The translations under genes and the position numbers were made by a program. A DNA stretch of 64,000 bases, from the NCBI GenBank assembly GCA_031409335.1, contig JANNWY010000170.1, forward strand, positions 140,041 to 204,040. Reading direction: 5' to 3'. The stretch comes from Chthoniobacteraceae bacterium (lineage in GTDB: Bacteria; Verrucomicrobiota; Verrucomicrobiia; Chthoniobacterales; Chthoniobacteraceae). Under the pieces are notes generated by a model, which searched no databases, was not told where the DNA came from, and saw only the letters and a program-made list of their open reading frames with translations. Below are positions 55,817 to 64,000 of the stretch, piece after piece; within the stretch, counting starts at the first letter, position 1, and each line of letters opens with the position of its first letter.

Positions 55817-58228
55817 TCATCGGCTGGCGGTGCTGGCTGCTGCAGCGGTGGTGGCGGCGGTGGTGGCGGCGGTGGTCGCGATCTCGGTGAGCAGCTTGCG
55901 CATGTTTGCATGGTTGGCGAGGAATTGCGCGTCCAGCCGCTCCAGCGTGTCGCCGCCGTACGAGACCGTGGGCTGCTTCACCATGTAGTGAAACATCTGC
56001 CGCACAAAGCCGCGCCGCGCATCCTCGCTCCCGGCAGTGTGCTGCGCGAGATCGCGCGGGCCGGTGAGCTTCACGGTGTCGCCGTCGGAGGTGATGTAAT
56101 CGCTCGCGGGGTCGATCGGTTTATTCGCATCGGTGGTGCGGAAGCGACCGACTGCGTCGAAATTTTCGAGCGAAAATCCCAGCGGATTGATGGTGACGTG
56201 GCAGCTCATGCACGCGGCCTTGTTGGTGATCTGCGTGACCTTCTCACGCATCGTGAGCGTCGGATCGAAGCGGTCGTCCTTAAACTCGATCGCCTGCGGT
56301 GGCGGCTTCAGCAGACGGCCCAGCACATTGCGCGTGAGGAAGACTCCGCGATGAATCGGCGACGACGATTTGTGATACGCGAACATCGAGAGCAGGAAGG
56401 GATGCGTGATGACTCCGGCGCGCTGCGCGGCATCAAATGTCACCGGCGAAAAACCACGGCCTTCCGGCACGGGCGCGCTGTAGAATCGGGCGAGGCGCGC
56501 GTTCATCATGATTTTCTCGGAAAGGATGAGCTGCCGGTAATCGGACGTTTCGCTCCACATCACATCGCGCACGAAATACTCGAGCGAGCGCCGCAGATCG
56601 GCGACGATCTCCTCGGTGAATCCGGGATACGACACCGCGTCTTTGCTGAGATCATCCGCCTCCTGCATCGCGAGCCAGTGGTGGAAAAAGTCGCCCACCT
56701 TCGCCTTCGTCCGCGGGTCCTGCTCCATCCGCTCGGCCTGCGCGCGGATCTGTGCGGGCGTGCGCAATTCCCCACGCGCCGCCGCCACGCGCAGCGGCTC
56801 GTCCGGCAGTGAATCCCACAGCGCAATCGCGAGGCGCGAGGCGGTGGTGAAATCGTCCGCTTTTTGCTCCAGCTCGGGGTAAAGAAAACGCGGCGACTTC
56901 AAGATCAGCAGCACCGCGCGCTTCACCGCGACATCCGGCGCGACATCGGCGAACGGGCGCTCGACATAGAGCTGACGCTGCCCGTCATCCAGCGGTCTGC
57001 GGAATGCCCGCTCCGCAAATGTCGCGACGAATTGCTTCAGCTTTTCCACGCGGTCCGGTGCGTCCGTTTTTCCACCCGCGAGCCGCGGCAAGCGCTCCAC
57101 GACTTGCTCCGCGATTTCCAGCGCGGCCTTTGTCGTTGCCTCGTGCCAATCCTTCGACACCGACGTGCCGCGCTCGTAGCCGACGCTGCTGTCATCGGGC
57201 GGAAAATTCGTCGCCACCACCGCCGTGCGCGCGGCAGGTGCGGGCGAGAGATATGGCGCGGCGAGCACCTCCCACACGCCGTGCGGCGGCTTCCACTCGA
57301 AGCGCACGTAGCCGAGCTTCTCCTTGTATTTGAAGTAATCGAGATACAGCGGATACGCGCGGCCCCCGAGCAGGAAGACACTCGCCGACTCTTCGCGGAT
57401 GTCCGGCCCGGTCGTCACCCAGCCGTCGATCGTCGCATTCGCACGCTTCGCATCGCTGTCATCGCGGCGATTCCCGTCGCCGTCCGCGAGATCCGAGTTC
57501 AGGTAAAGGCGCACGCCGTTGCGCGTCTTGATGCGGAATTCATACACACCCGTCTCCGGCGCGAGCAGCGAGCCCTGCCACTCGATCGAGAACTGTTCGG
57601 CTTTCATCTTTTCCGCCGGATCGACCTGCATCGTCGCGCGCCGGATCTCCGCCTCGCCGGGCTCCTGCGGGACGTATGGATCATCGGTCGGCGACACTTC
57701 GCCGAAATCGAAATCAATCGCACGATCCATGCGCGTCAGCCGCTTCTTCGACTTCTTATCCATCCCGTCGGAATCGTAGTATTTCCCCGCCAATCCTCCA
57801 CCCTCGCCCGGTGCCAATGACTTCCCAAAACTCCCGATCAAATCCGCCACCGATTCGCGGAACTGCCGGTTCGTAAGCCGCACAAAATCGCGCTTCGGCG
57901 GATTCAATTTCGCCCGCGCCATCGGCGAATAAAACGCATCGTAAATATACAACGCCACCTTCCGCGAATCCTCGGCGGAGCACTTCTCCGGCTCATCCTC
58001 CGGCATCGTTTTGTCGATCAGCTTTGCCAGAGACATCACCGATCGCTCGCCATACAAGGGCTCATCATGCTTCCGCGCCACCCCCTGCCCTTTGTCCCCG
58101 TGACAATCCGCACAGAGGTTTTTGTAAATCTCGGCGCCCGCCGCACGGTCGGCATCGTCCCCGTGGAGCGAAACGAGGAGAATCGCGGCGGTGGCGATGA
58201 TGGAAAATGGCAACTTCATGGTTTTCAC
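55817..58228 (-). CDS. PVC-type cytochrome c / PA14 / DUF1592-DUF1588 (PSD-domain) protein
   Basis: CADCH and CMSCH; RLTNRQF; PA14-like FSIEWQG; ERAFRRPL, SPRFLY, SSPIHRG, NPLGFSLENFD. Confidence 0.85.
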   Translation of the reverse strand: MKTMKLPFSIIATAAILLVSLHGDDADRAAGAEIYKNLCADCHGDKGQGVARKHDEPLYGERSVMSLAKLIDKTMPEDEPEKCSAEDSRKVALYIYDAFYSPMARAKLNPPKRDFVRLTNRQFRESVADLIGSFGKSLAPGEGGGLAGKYYDSDGMDKKSKKRLTRMDRAIDFDFGEVSPTDDPYVPQEPGEAEIRRATMQVDPAEKMKAEQFSIEWQGSLLAPETGVYEFRIKTRNGVRLYLNSDLADGDGNRRDDSDAKRANATIDGWVTTGPDIREESASVFLLGGRAYPLYLDYFKYKEKLGYVRFEWKPPHGVWEVLAAPYLSPAPAARTAVVATNFPPDDSSVGYERGTSVSKDWHEATTKAALEIAEQVVERLPRLAGGKTDAPDRVEKLKQFVATFAERAFRRPLDDGQRQLYVERPFADVAPDVAVKRAVLLILKSPRFLYPELEQKADDFTTASRLAIALWDSLPDEPLRVAAARGELRTPAQIRAQAERMEQDPRTKAKVGDFFHHWLAMQEADDLSKDAVSYPGFTEEIVADLRRSLEYFVRDVMWSETSDYRQLILSEKIMMNARLARFYSAPVPEGRGFSPVTFDAAQRAGVITHPFLLSMFAYHKSSSPIHRGVFLTRNVLGRLLKPPPQAIEFKDDRFDPTLTMREKVTQITNKAACMSCHVTINPLGFSLENFDAVGRFRTTDANKPIDPASDYITSDGDTVKLTGPRDLAQHTAGSEDARRGFVRQMFHYMVKQPTVSYGGDTLERLDAQFLANHANMRKLLTEIATTAATTAATTAAAASTASR

Positions 58229-58281
58229 CAGCGACTACTTTCGATGAGTAAATCCATTAGTCCGCACATATTCCTTCCCCC

Positions 58282-59232
58282 ATGCCACCGATTATCCAAA
58301 CCCTCGCCGTCATCGTGCTCGTCGCATCCGCGAATGCCGCAGATTCAGTCGCCGCGCAGCGCGAGGGAAAGCAGATTATTTTCCGCGCAGACGGACGCGA
58401 GATCGCGCGCTATCAGGCCGAACCCGGCGATTTCCCGCGAGCGGACATCAAGGAAGCATTCCGCCGCGGCGGCTATCTCCATCCGCTGCACACACCGTCG
58501 GGAAAGCTGGTGACGGACGACTTTCCACCGAACCACATCCATCACCACGGCGTCTGGGCTCCGTGGACGAAAACGAAATTCGAGGGTCGCGAGCCCGACT
58601 TCTGGAACATGGGTGACGGAAAGGGTCGCGTGGAATTTGTCTTGGCCGGGGACGTGTGGACAAAGGACGGGCGCGCCGGATTCCAAGCCACGCACCGCTT
58701 CGTGGATCTCCTCGCGCAGCCCGCAAAAACCGCGCTCGACGAAACATGGGATCTCGCAGTCGCCACCGCAGCCGACGGCACCCCGCGCCACATCATCGAC
58801 CTCACCTCCACGCAGACCTGCGCGACCACCGCGCCGCTCATCTTGCCGAAGTATCACTACGGCGGCCTCGGCTTCCGCGGGCATCGCACATGGGACGGCA
58901 CGCCAAACTGCCGCATCCTCACCTCCGAAGGCATCACCAACCGAATCGCCGCCAACGAAACCCGCGCCAAATGGTGCTGGATCGGCGGCACCGTGGACGG
59001 CGCGACCGCAGGCGTCACGATCCTCTGCCACCCGGAAAACTTCCGCTTCCCGCAACCCATCCGCATTCACCCGACCGAGCCATTTTTCTGCTTCGCCCCG
59101 CAGCAGCTCGGCGAAATGTCCATCGAGCCCGGCAAGCCCTACCTCTCACGCTACCGGATCGTGATCACCGACGGCGAACCCACGCGCGAGCAGGCCGATG
59201 CGTGGTGGAGCGAGTGGACCGGAAGCAAATGA
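58282..59232 (+). CDS. DUF6807 / 'PmoA'-annotated family secreted protein (not a true methane monooxygenase)
   Basis: Signal peptide, GYLHPLHTPSG, HIHHHGVW, YGGLGFRG. Confidence 0.75.
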   Translation: MPPIIQTLAVIVLVASANAADSVAAQREGKQIIFRADGREIARYQAEPGDFPRADIKEAFRRGGYLHPLHTPSGKLVTDDFPPNHIHHHGVWAPWTKTKFEGREPDFWNMGDGKGRVEFVLAGDVWTKDGRAGFQATHRFVDLLAQPAKTALDETWDLAVATAADGTPRHIIDLTSTQTCATTAPLILPKYHYGGLGFRGHRTWDGTPNCRILTSEGITNRIAANETRAKWCWIGGTVDGATAGVTILCHPENFRFPQPIRIHPTEPFFCFAPQQLGEMSIEPGKPYLSRYRIVITDGEPTREQADAWWSEWTGSK

Positions 59233-59463
59233 CAACTACTTTGCCGGGCCTGACGCAAAAACTTAACGGTCATTTCGACCGAAGCGGCGATCTCGCGAGC
59301 ACGGCGGCGGAATTTCTGCGCAATCCCGAAGGAAAGGCGGACCGCATGGCCACCAGCAGCGCGGGCTCGGAGGACGTGATCGTGCCGCGGAAGAAGTAGC
59401 TGTGAATCTGGATGCCACGGTCATCCGCGCTCGGGCCCGGCTGCGATCGGTCATCTCCCAGCT

Positions 59464-60387
59464 TCATTGAAACAGGTCGCCTTGCGACGCTGTCGCGACG
59501 GGATTTTGCTTTGAGGCGTCGGCTTTTACCTCGGCAAGCAGGGATTTGAATTCGCACTTTTCCAGCTCGGCGATGAGTTCGGTGTAACGCGGGCGAATCG
59601 TGAGTGAGTCGAGTGTGGCAGGAAGTGGGAGGTCGAGATCGAGGCGGACCATTTCACGGTTTTGAATGATCTGCTCGCGCGAGGTGATGAGCTTTTCGCG
59701 GATGCGATCGTTTTTCACGATGGCTGTGTCCGCGAGGATGGCGTCGAGCGAACCGTGGTCGGCGAGGAGCTTTGCCGCGCCTTTCGGGCCGAGGCCCGGG
59801 ACGCCGGGGATGTTGTCGGAAGTGTCGCCGACCAGCGCGAGGACATCGCCGATTTGCCCGGGCGCGACATCCCATTTGGCGCGCACTTTTTCCGCACCGA
59901 GAAGCGCGAAGGCATTGGCCGGATCGGCTACATCCGCCTTGTTTGTGGAATAAACTTTCACGCGGTCGCCGACGAGTTGGAAGAGGTCCTTGTCGTTCGT
60001 GGCGAGGACGACTTCATCGCCGCGATCGCGTGCGGCGATGGCGTAGCTGGCCATGAGGTCGTCGGCCTCCGTGTCCGGCAGCCACAGGCTCGCGAGGCCG
60101 AGCATGGGCGCGAGATTCTGGATGAAGGTGAGCTGCGGGCGCATGAGATCGGGCATTTCCGTGCGCGTCTCTTTATAGGCGGGCTGAAGGTCGGAGCGGC
60201 GTTTCGGGATGCCGGCGTCCCAGATGATCGCGCCGAGATCGGGCGACAAATCCTTCACCATGCGGCGCACCGTTTTCACAAATCCGTAGATCGCATTCGT
60301 GGCTTCGCCGCGCGAGTTCGAGAGATCGCGGATGGCAAAGAAAGAGCGGTAAACGTAGTAGTGGCCGTCGATGATGAGCAGCTTCAT
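59464..60387 (-). CDS. Standalone 5'-3' exonuclease / flap endonuclease (PolA N-domain-like)
   Basis: IIDGHYYVYRSFFA, TNAIYGF, YKETR, EADD, DKDL.Q, GDTSDNIPGVPGLGPK. Confidence 0.93.
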   Translation of the reverse strand: MKLLIIDGHYYVYRSFFAIRDLSNSRGEATNAIYGFVKTVRRMVKDLSPDLGAIIWDAGIPKRRSDLQPAYKETRTEMPDLMRPQLTFIQNLAPMLGLASLWLPDTEADDLMASYAIAARDRGDEVVLATNDKDLFQLVGDRVKVYSTNKADVADPANAFALLGAEKVRAKWDVAPGQIGDVLALVGDTSDNIPGVPGLGPKGAAKLLADHGSLDAILADTAIVKNDRIREKLITSREQIIQNREMVRLDLDLPLPATLDSLTIRPRYTELIAELEKCEFKSLLAEVKADASKQNPVATASQGDLFQ

Positions 60388-60792
60388 GGGGAAGTTGAGG
60401 GATGAGAGTTAAGTGTAGCGCGCCCCACTGGAACGCACTGCGATCTTTGAGCGCCCGCCGCCCAACACTCAACACTCAACTATCCTCGCCACGCACCGAA
60501 TGGCCGGCGGTGAGCGGGAGGGATTTGGCGCGGAGTTCGTCCGCGCGGTTTTGATTTCACTCGCCTGCGTCGCGATGAGATGGTCGCGGTGCTCACCGGA
60601 AATCTCAATGCCATGCCCAACAAATTCCACGAACTCCAGCGACAGATGAATGCGATCGAAGATTTGCACGGCAAGGATGTCGGGTCGCGCCTCATCCACT
60701 GGCTGCTGAAACGCTGCCCACCGCCGCGCACCGACGCACCCCTATTTGATCCACGTCAATGCAGACGAACAGCCTCCAAGCAGTAATATGGG

Positions 60793-61602
60793 ATGAAATC
60801 ATTCACTCGTTCACGCACCGCCGCGCTGGCCACGCTGGCTTTCGTCACGGTCGGCTGGAGCCAGACGGCAGGCCGCGCGGGTGCTGAGCCGCAGCGGACC
60901 CTCGCCGAAGATACCGCAGTTTTGGAAAACGGTCGTCTCAGCGCCCGGCGCAAAGCACTCGCGAGGCTCGCCGTGCATCCCGATGCGGAGGCGGACAAAG
61001 TTCTGCTCGCGCAATTCGACCGCTACAGCGCTGGCAAACTTCCGCCGGCCATCTGGCTCGATTTTTTCGAGGCTGCGGCGAAGCGGAACAGTCCCGCGCT
61101 CAAAGCCAGACTCGCGGAACGGGAGCAGGCGCTCGCAAAAGCGAAGGATGTTCTCAGCCGCTTCCGTGAATGCCTGGAAGGTGGCGACGCGGAAGCTGGC
61201 CGCGCGGTGTTTTCCTCCAAGCCCGAAGCGGGCTGCATCCGCTGCCACTCGGTGGGAGGCGAGGGTGGCAAGATCGGCCCCGACCTCACGTGGCTCCGCA
61301 ATTCCATGGATCGAAGCCTGATCCTCGAATCCATCATCGCGCCGAACTCGACCATCGCCCCAGGCTTCCAGAGCGTGTTAGTAACATTGAAAAACGGTGA
61401 GACGGTCTCCGGTGTCGTAAGCCATGAGAGCGATCAGGAGATCACCATCACGTCTGTGGTCGATGGGAAGAAAACCAAGGTAAAAACGGCGGACATCACG
61501 GAGCGCACTCCCCTGCCAAGTCCGATGCCGCCTCACTTCGGAGCCGTGCTCGACAAACGCGCAATCCGCGATCTGCTCGAGTTTATCGCCGTGGGTGACT
61601 AG
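60793..61602 (+). CDS. Secreted c-type heme protein (PVC putative heme-binding domain)
   Basis: Signal peptide, GDAEAGRAVF, CIRCH, IGPDL, ESIIAPN, SPMP. Confidence 0.85.
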   Translation: MKSFTRSRTAALATLAFVTVGWSQTAGRAGAEPQRTLAEDTAVLENGRLSARRKALARLAVHPDAEADKVLLAQFDRYSAGKLPPAIWLDFFEAAAKRNSPALKARLAEREQALAKAKDVLSRFRECLEGGDAEAGRAVFSSKPEAGCIRCHSVGGEGGKIGPDLTWLRNSMDRSLILESIIAPNSTIAPGFQSVLVTLKNGETVSGVVSHESDQEITITSVVDGKKTKVKTADITERTPLPSPMPPHFGAVLDKRAIRDLLEFIAVGD

Positions 61603-61883
61603 CTCACGATCTCCACGAACTCCTTGTCGGTGAAAGCCTGCAGCGTCTTGGTCCGGACGTTGCCCGCAGCGGCGAGCAGGGTTAGCAGGTGCAGGGCCTT
61701 CTTTTCCGTCCCGGCGCGGATGATGATCACGCCGTCATAGGCACCGATGGTCCAGTATTGTGCTTCGACTTTCACGCCGGCCTTTTTGGCCATCGCGTTG
61801 AAGTGATGCGCGCGTTTGGGGGATTCCTTGATGTGTTCCGCGCCTTTTTGAGTAAAGCGCAGGAGGGCGATGTAGTGGCTCAT
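61599..61883 (-). CDS. GYD-domain protein
   Basis: YIALLRFTQKG, YWTIGAYDGV, GNVRTKTLQAF. Confidence 0.88.
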   Translation of the reverse strand: MSHYIALLRFTQKGAEHIKESPKRAHHFNAMAKKAGVKVEAQYWTIGAYDGVIIIRAGTEKKALHLLTLLAAAGNVRTKTLQAFTDKEFVEIVS

Positions 61884-61944
61884 GGTGGTATCCTTTCGGT
61901 GGTTTGTTTCGCCGACAGTTTCTCGTCGGCTTTCGCCGCCCGCT

Positions 61945-61958
61945 TTGACCTGCGTCAA
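61945..61958. promoter_or_regulatory. FNR/DNR-type binding site upstream of norCB
   Basis: Perfect palindrome TTGAC-CTGC-GTCAA; -10-like TAGAAA at 61981-61986. Confidence 0.75.
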
Positions 61959-62020
61959 GGCGGCGGGAAATAGCGGAAGATAGAAACCGTGCGCACCCAT
62001 ACCCATCCACACGCACGATC

Positions 62021-62734
62021 ATGCTCAGCAAATCCCAGGCAAAAATCTTCTTCCTCGGCGGCACCGGTGTCTTCAGCGCGGCTTTCCTCGCGCTCACCAT
62101 CGACACCCATCGCAAAGTGCCCGCACAAACGCGGCAGGCCAACATCACGGCGGAAGTCTCCCGCGGAAAACGCATCTGGGAGGATAACAACTGCATGGGC
62201 TGCCACACGCTCTTTGGGGAAGGTGCCTACTACGCGCCCGAGTTGACCAAGGCCGTCGAGCGACGCGGCAAGCCGTGGTTGCGGATGTTTTTGAAGAACC
62301 CGGAGGCCATGTTTCCAAACGATCGCAAGATGGTGAACTACCACTTCAACGACGCGCAGATCGAAGACGCGATCGCCTTTCTCGAATGGTGCGGCAACGT
62401 GGACCTCAACGGGTTCCCCGCAAAGCCGCCGCTCGCCGCCAAGATCGCCGCCTCTTCCTCCGTACCGGTGGTGACCACGAAACCCATCCCGCCGATCTTC
62501 GATGCCATGGCTTGCACGGGCTGTCATTCGCTCGGTGGCAAAGGCGGCGCGGCCGGCGTGGCACTCGGCGCTCCGCCGCTGGACGATGTCTATAAGCGCA
62601 AGAGCAAGCCCGAGATCGCCGCGTGGATTCAGGATCCGGCGAAGGTGAAGCCCGACACCAAGATGCCGAAACTCCCGCTCTCGCCGGAGCAGATCAATGA
62701 AATCGCCGACTTCCTCTCCTCGCTCGGCCAATGA
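62021..62734 (+). CDS. norC: Nitric oxide reductase subunit C with a second cytochrome c domain
   Basis: AKIFFLGGT TM anchor, GKRIWEDNNCMGCHTLFGEGAYYAPEL, DLNGFP; second motif CTGCH...KMP. Confidence 0.9.
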   Translation: MLSKSQAKIFFLGGTGVFSAAFLALTIDTHRKVPAQTRQANITAEVSRGKRIWEDNNCMGCHTLFGEGAYYAPELTKAVERRGKPWLRMFLKNPEAMFPNDRKMVNYHFNDAQIEDAIAFLEWCGNVDLNGFPAKPPLAAKIAASSSVPVVTTKPIPPIFDAMACTGCHSLGGKGGAAGVALGAPPLDDVYKRKSKPEIAAWIQDPAKVKPDTKMPKLPLSPEQINEIADFLSSLGQ

Positions 62735-62754
62735 GCAAGATTCATTCAGCGAGG

Positions 62755-62997
62755 GCATCCGCAGGCCCAACGGGCCGACACAACACAGATTTCGCCAGCG
62801 CATCCGCAGACCCGAAGGACCGAGACAACACAGCCCAGGGCAACGCCTTGGGATCCGATTTCCGCACCGCCGAAGCCCTGAAAGGGCGGGACACCGATCT
62901 GCCACGGGTTCGTCACGCCCTTTCAGGGCTTGGGGATTGTGGCGGACGTCTTCCCTGGGCGTTGCCCTGGGCTGTGGTGTCTCGGCCCGTTGGGCCT
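62755..62997. repeat. Nested palindromic REP/MITE-like element between norC and norB
   Basis: AGGCCCAACGGGCCGA...TCGGCCCGTTGGGCCT outer inverted repeat; CAGCCCAGGGCAACGCC/GGCGTTGCCCTGGGCTG; AAGCCCTGAAAGGGCG/CGCCCTTTCAGGGCTT; 45-nt-period direct duplication of the left end. Confidence 0.8.
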
Positions 62998-63125
62998 GGA
63001 TCACGGCCTGACACCTCGTTGGCTCTCCGTCGTGGCGTGTCGGACGGACGCCCTGCGTGCCAAGGCGTGTGGGGCCGATGCTTCGCAAGCGTGACTTCAC
63101 CATCAATCTCTAACTCTTAACTCCC

Positions 63126-64000
63126 ATGAAATACGCATCCCAAAAAGTCGCTTACTGGTTCTTCGCTTCGGCGCTGCTGCTCTTCGTTCTGCAGCTTGTC
63201 TATGGCTTCATCATGGGCTTTGCCCACGTCGGCATGGACGGCCTGCACCAATGGATCCCGTTCAACACTGCCCGCGCCGTGCACACCAATCTGCTCGTGT
63301 TCTGGCTGCTGCTTGGCTTCATGGGTGCGGCTTACTTCATCATCCCCGAGGAGGCGGACTGCGAGCTGTGGTCGGTGAAGCTGGCATACATCCAACTAAT
63401 CGCGTTTCTCCTCACCGGCACGACGGCTCTCGTCGGCTATCACCTCAATATTTGGGAAGGCCGCAAGTTCCTCGAGATCCCGCGCCCGCTCGACTACCTG
63501 GTCGTCATCGACGTGCTGGCGTTCCTCTTGAACGTCGGCATGACGATCATGCGCGGAAAACGCTACACCACGACCTCGCTCGTGCTCTACATGGGTCTGC
63601 TCTTCGCCGCGCTGCTCTATCTGCCGGGGATGATTACCTTCGACAACCAGACGATGGATTCCTTTTACCGCTGGTGGGTCGTGCATCTCTGGGTGGAAGG
63701 CGTGTGGGAACTCATCATGGGTGGCATCCTCTGCTACTTGCTGATCAAGCTCACCGGCGTAGACCGCGAGGTCGTGGAGAAATGGCTCTACATCATCGTG
63801 GGTCTCACCTTCCTCAGCGGCATCCTCGGCACGGGACATCACTATTACTACATCGGCACACCGCGTTACTGGCTCATCGTCGGGGGAATCTTCAGCGCGC
63901 TGGAGCCGCTGGCGTTTCTCGGCATGGCCATTTACGCGCTGGCCATGGCGAAGAAAGGCGGGCGCAAGCATCCAAACAAGATCGCGCTCACGTGGTCGCT
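63126..64000 (+). CDS. norB: Nitric oxide reductase large subunit (cNOR), truncated by the window edge
   Basis: Not in the ORF track. MKYASQKVAYWFF..., ARAVHTNLL, PEE, WWVVHLWVEGVWE, GTGHHYYYIG, SALEPL. Confidence 0.95.
   Translation, partial: MKYASQKVAYWFFASALLLFVLQLVYGFIMGFAHVGMDGLHQWIPFNTARAVHTNLLVFWLLLGFMGAAYFIIPEEADCELWSVKLAYIQLIAFLLTGTTALVGYHLNIWEGRKFLEIPRPLDYLVVIDVLAFLLNVGMTIMRGKRYTTTSLVLYMGLLFAALLYLPGMITFDNQTMDSFYRWWVVHLWVEGVWELIMGGILCYLLIKLTGVDREVVEKWLYIIVGLTFLSGILGTGHHYYYIGTPRYWLIVGGIFSALEPLAFLGMAIYALAMAKKGGRKHPNKIALTWS

Noticed and set aside
58282..59232. Methane monooxygenase interpretation of the PmoA-like family
   Set aside because: Soluble secreted protein with no pmoCAB context or TM helices; the family name is misleading.
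59229..59399. 56-codon ORF and a GTCATTTCGACCGAAG repeat-like stretch
   Set aside because: Possibly a gene or repeat remnant, but too short and with no second copy in the window to support a call.
60580..60786. 68-aa ORF upstream of the heme protein
   Set aside because: No motif or clear ribosome-binding site; cannot be supported without homologues.

Overview
Bacterial genomic window; the gene content suggests Verrucomicrobiota, possibly Chthoniobacterales-like (inference). Positions 1-39.6 kb hold one large exopolysaccharide/exosortase locus. It comprises a divergent priming glycosyltransferase, a soluble 4-PAS kinase with a NarL-type regulator, an exosortase, an outer-membrane beta-barrel, a short OPX (Wza-like) protein, Wzc, Wzm/Wzt, about 11 glycosyltransferase-like genes, a probable ribofuranosyltransferase, four methyltransferases, four acylation systems and a Wzy-like polymerase. 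A TPR protein and a NusG/RfaH paralogue follow. Positions 43-56 kb hold kdgK, a paired REP-like inverted repeat, and a 3.1 kb cassette (PEP-CTERM metzincin plus regulator) bracketed by a diverged duplication of the mqnA 3' end. Next come mqnA-mqnE, an ECF sigma factor, an XRE-linked two-gene module with a TSP3-repeat serine protease, and two tandem NxxGxxAF-repeat PEP-CTERM paralogues. Positions 56-64 kb hold a DUF1592-type cytochrome protein, a PmoA-like/DUF6807 protein, a standalone 5'-3' exonuclease, a heme-c protein, a GYD protein, and norC (two CxxCH motifs) plus norB with an FNR-type box upstream. No rRNA, tRNA, CRISPR array, integrase or transposase was recognised. All calls come from manual motif reading, not database searches.
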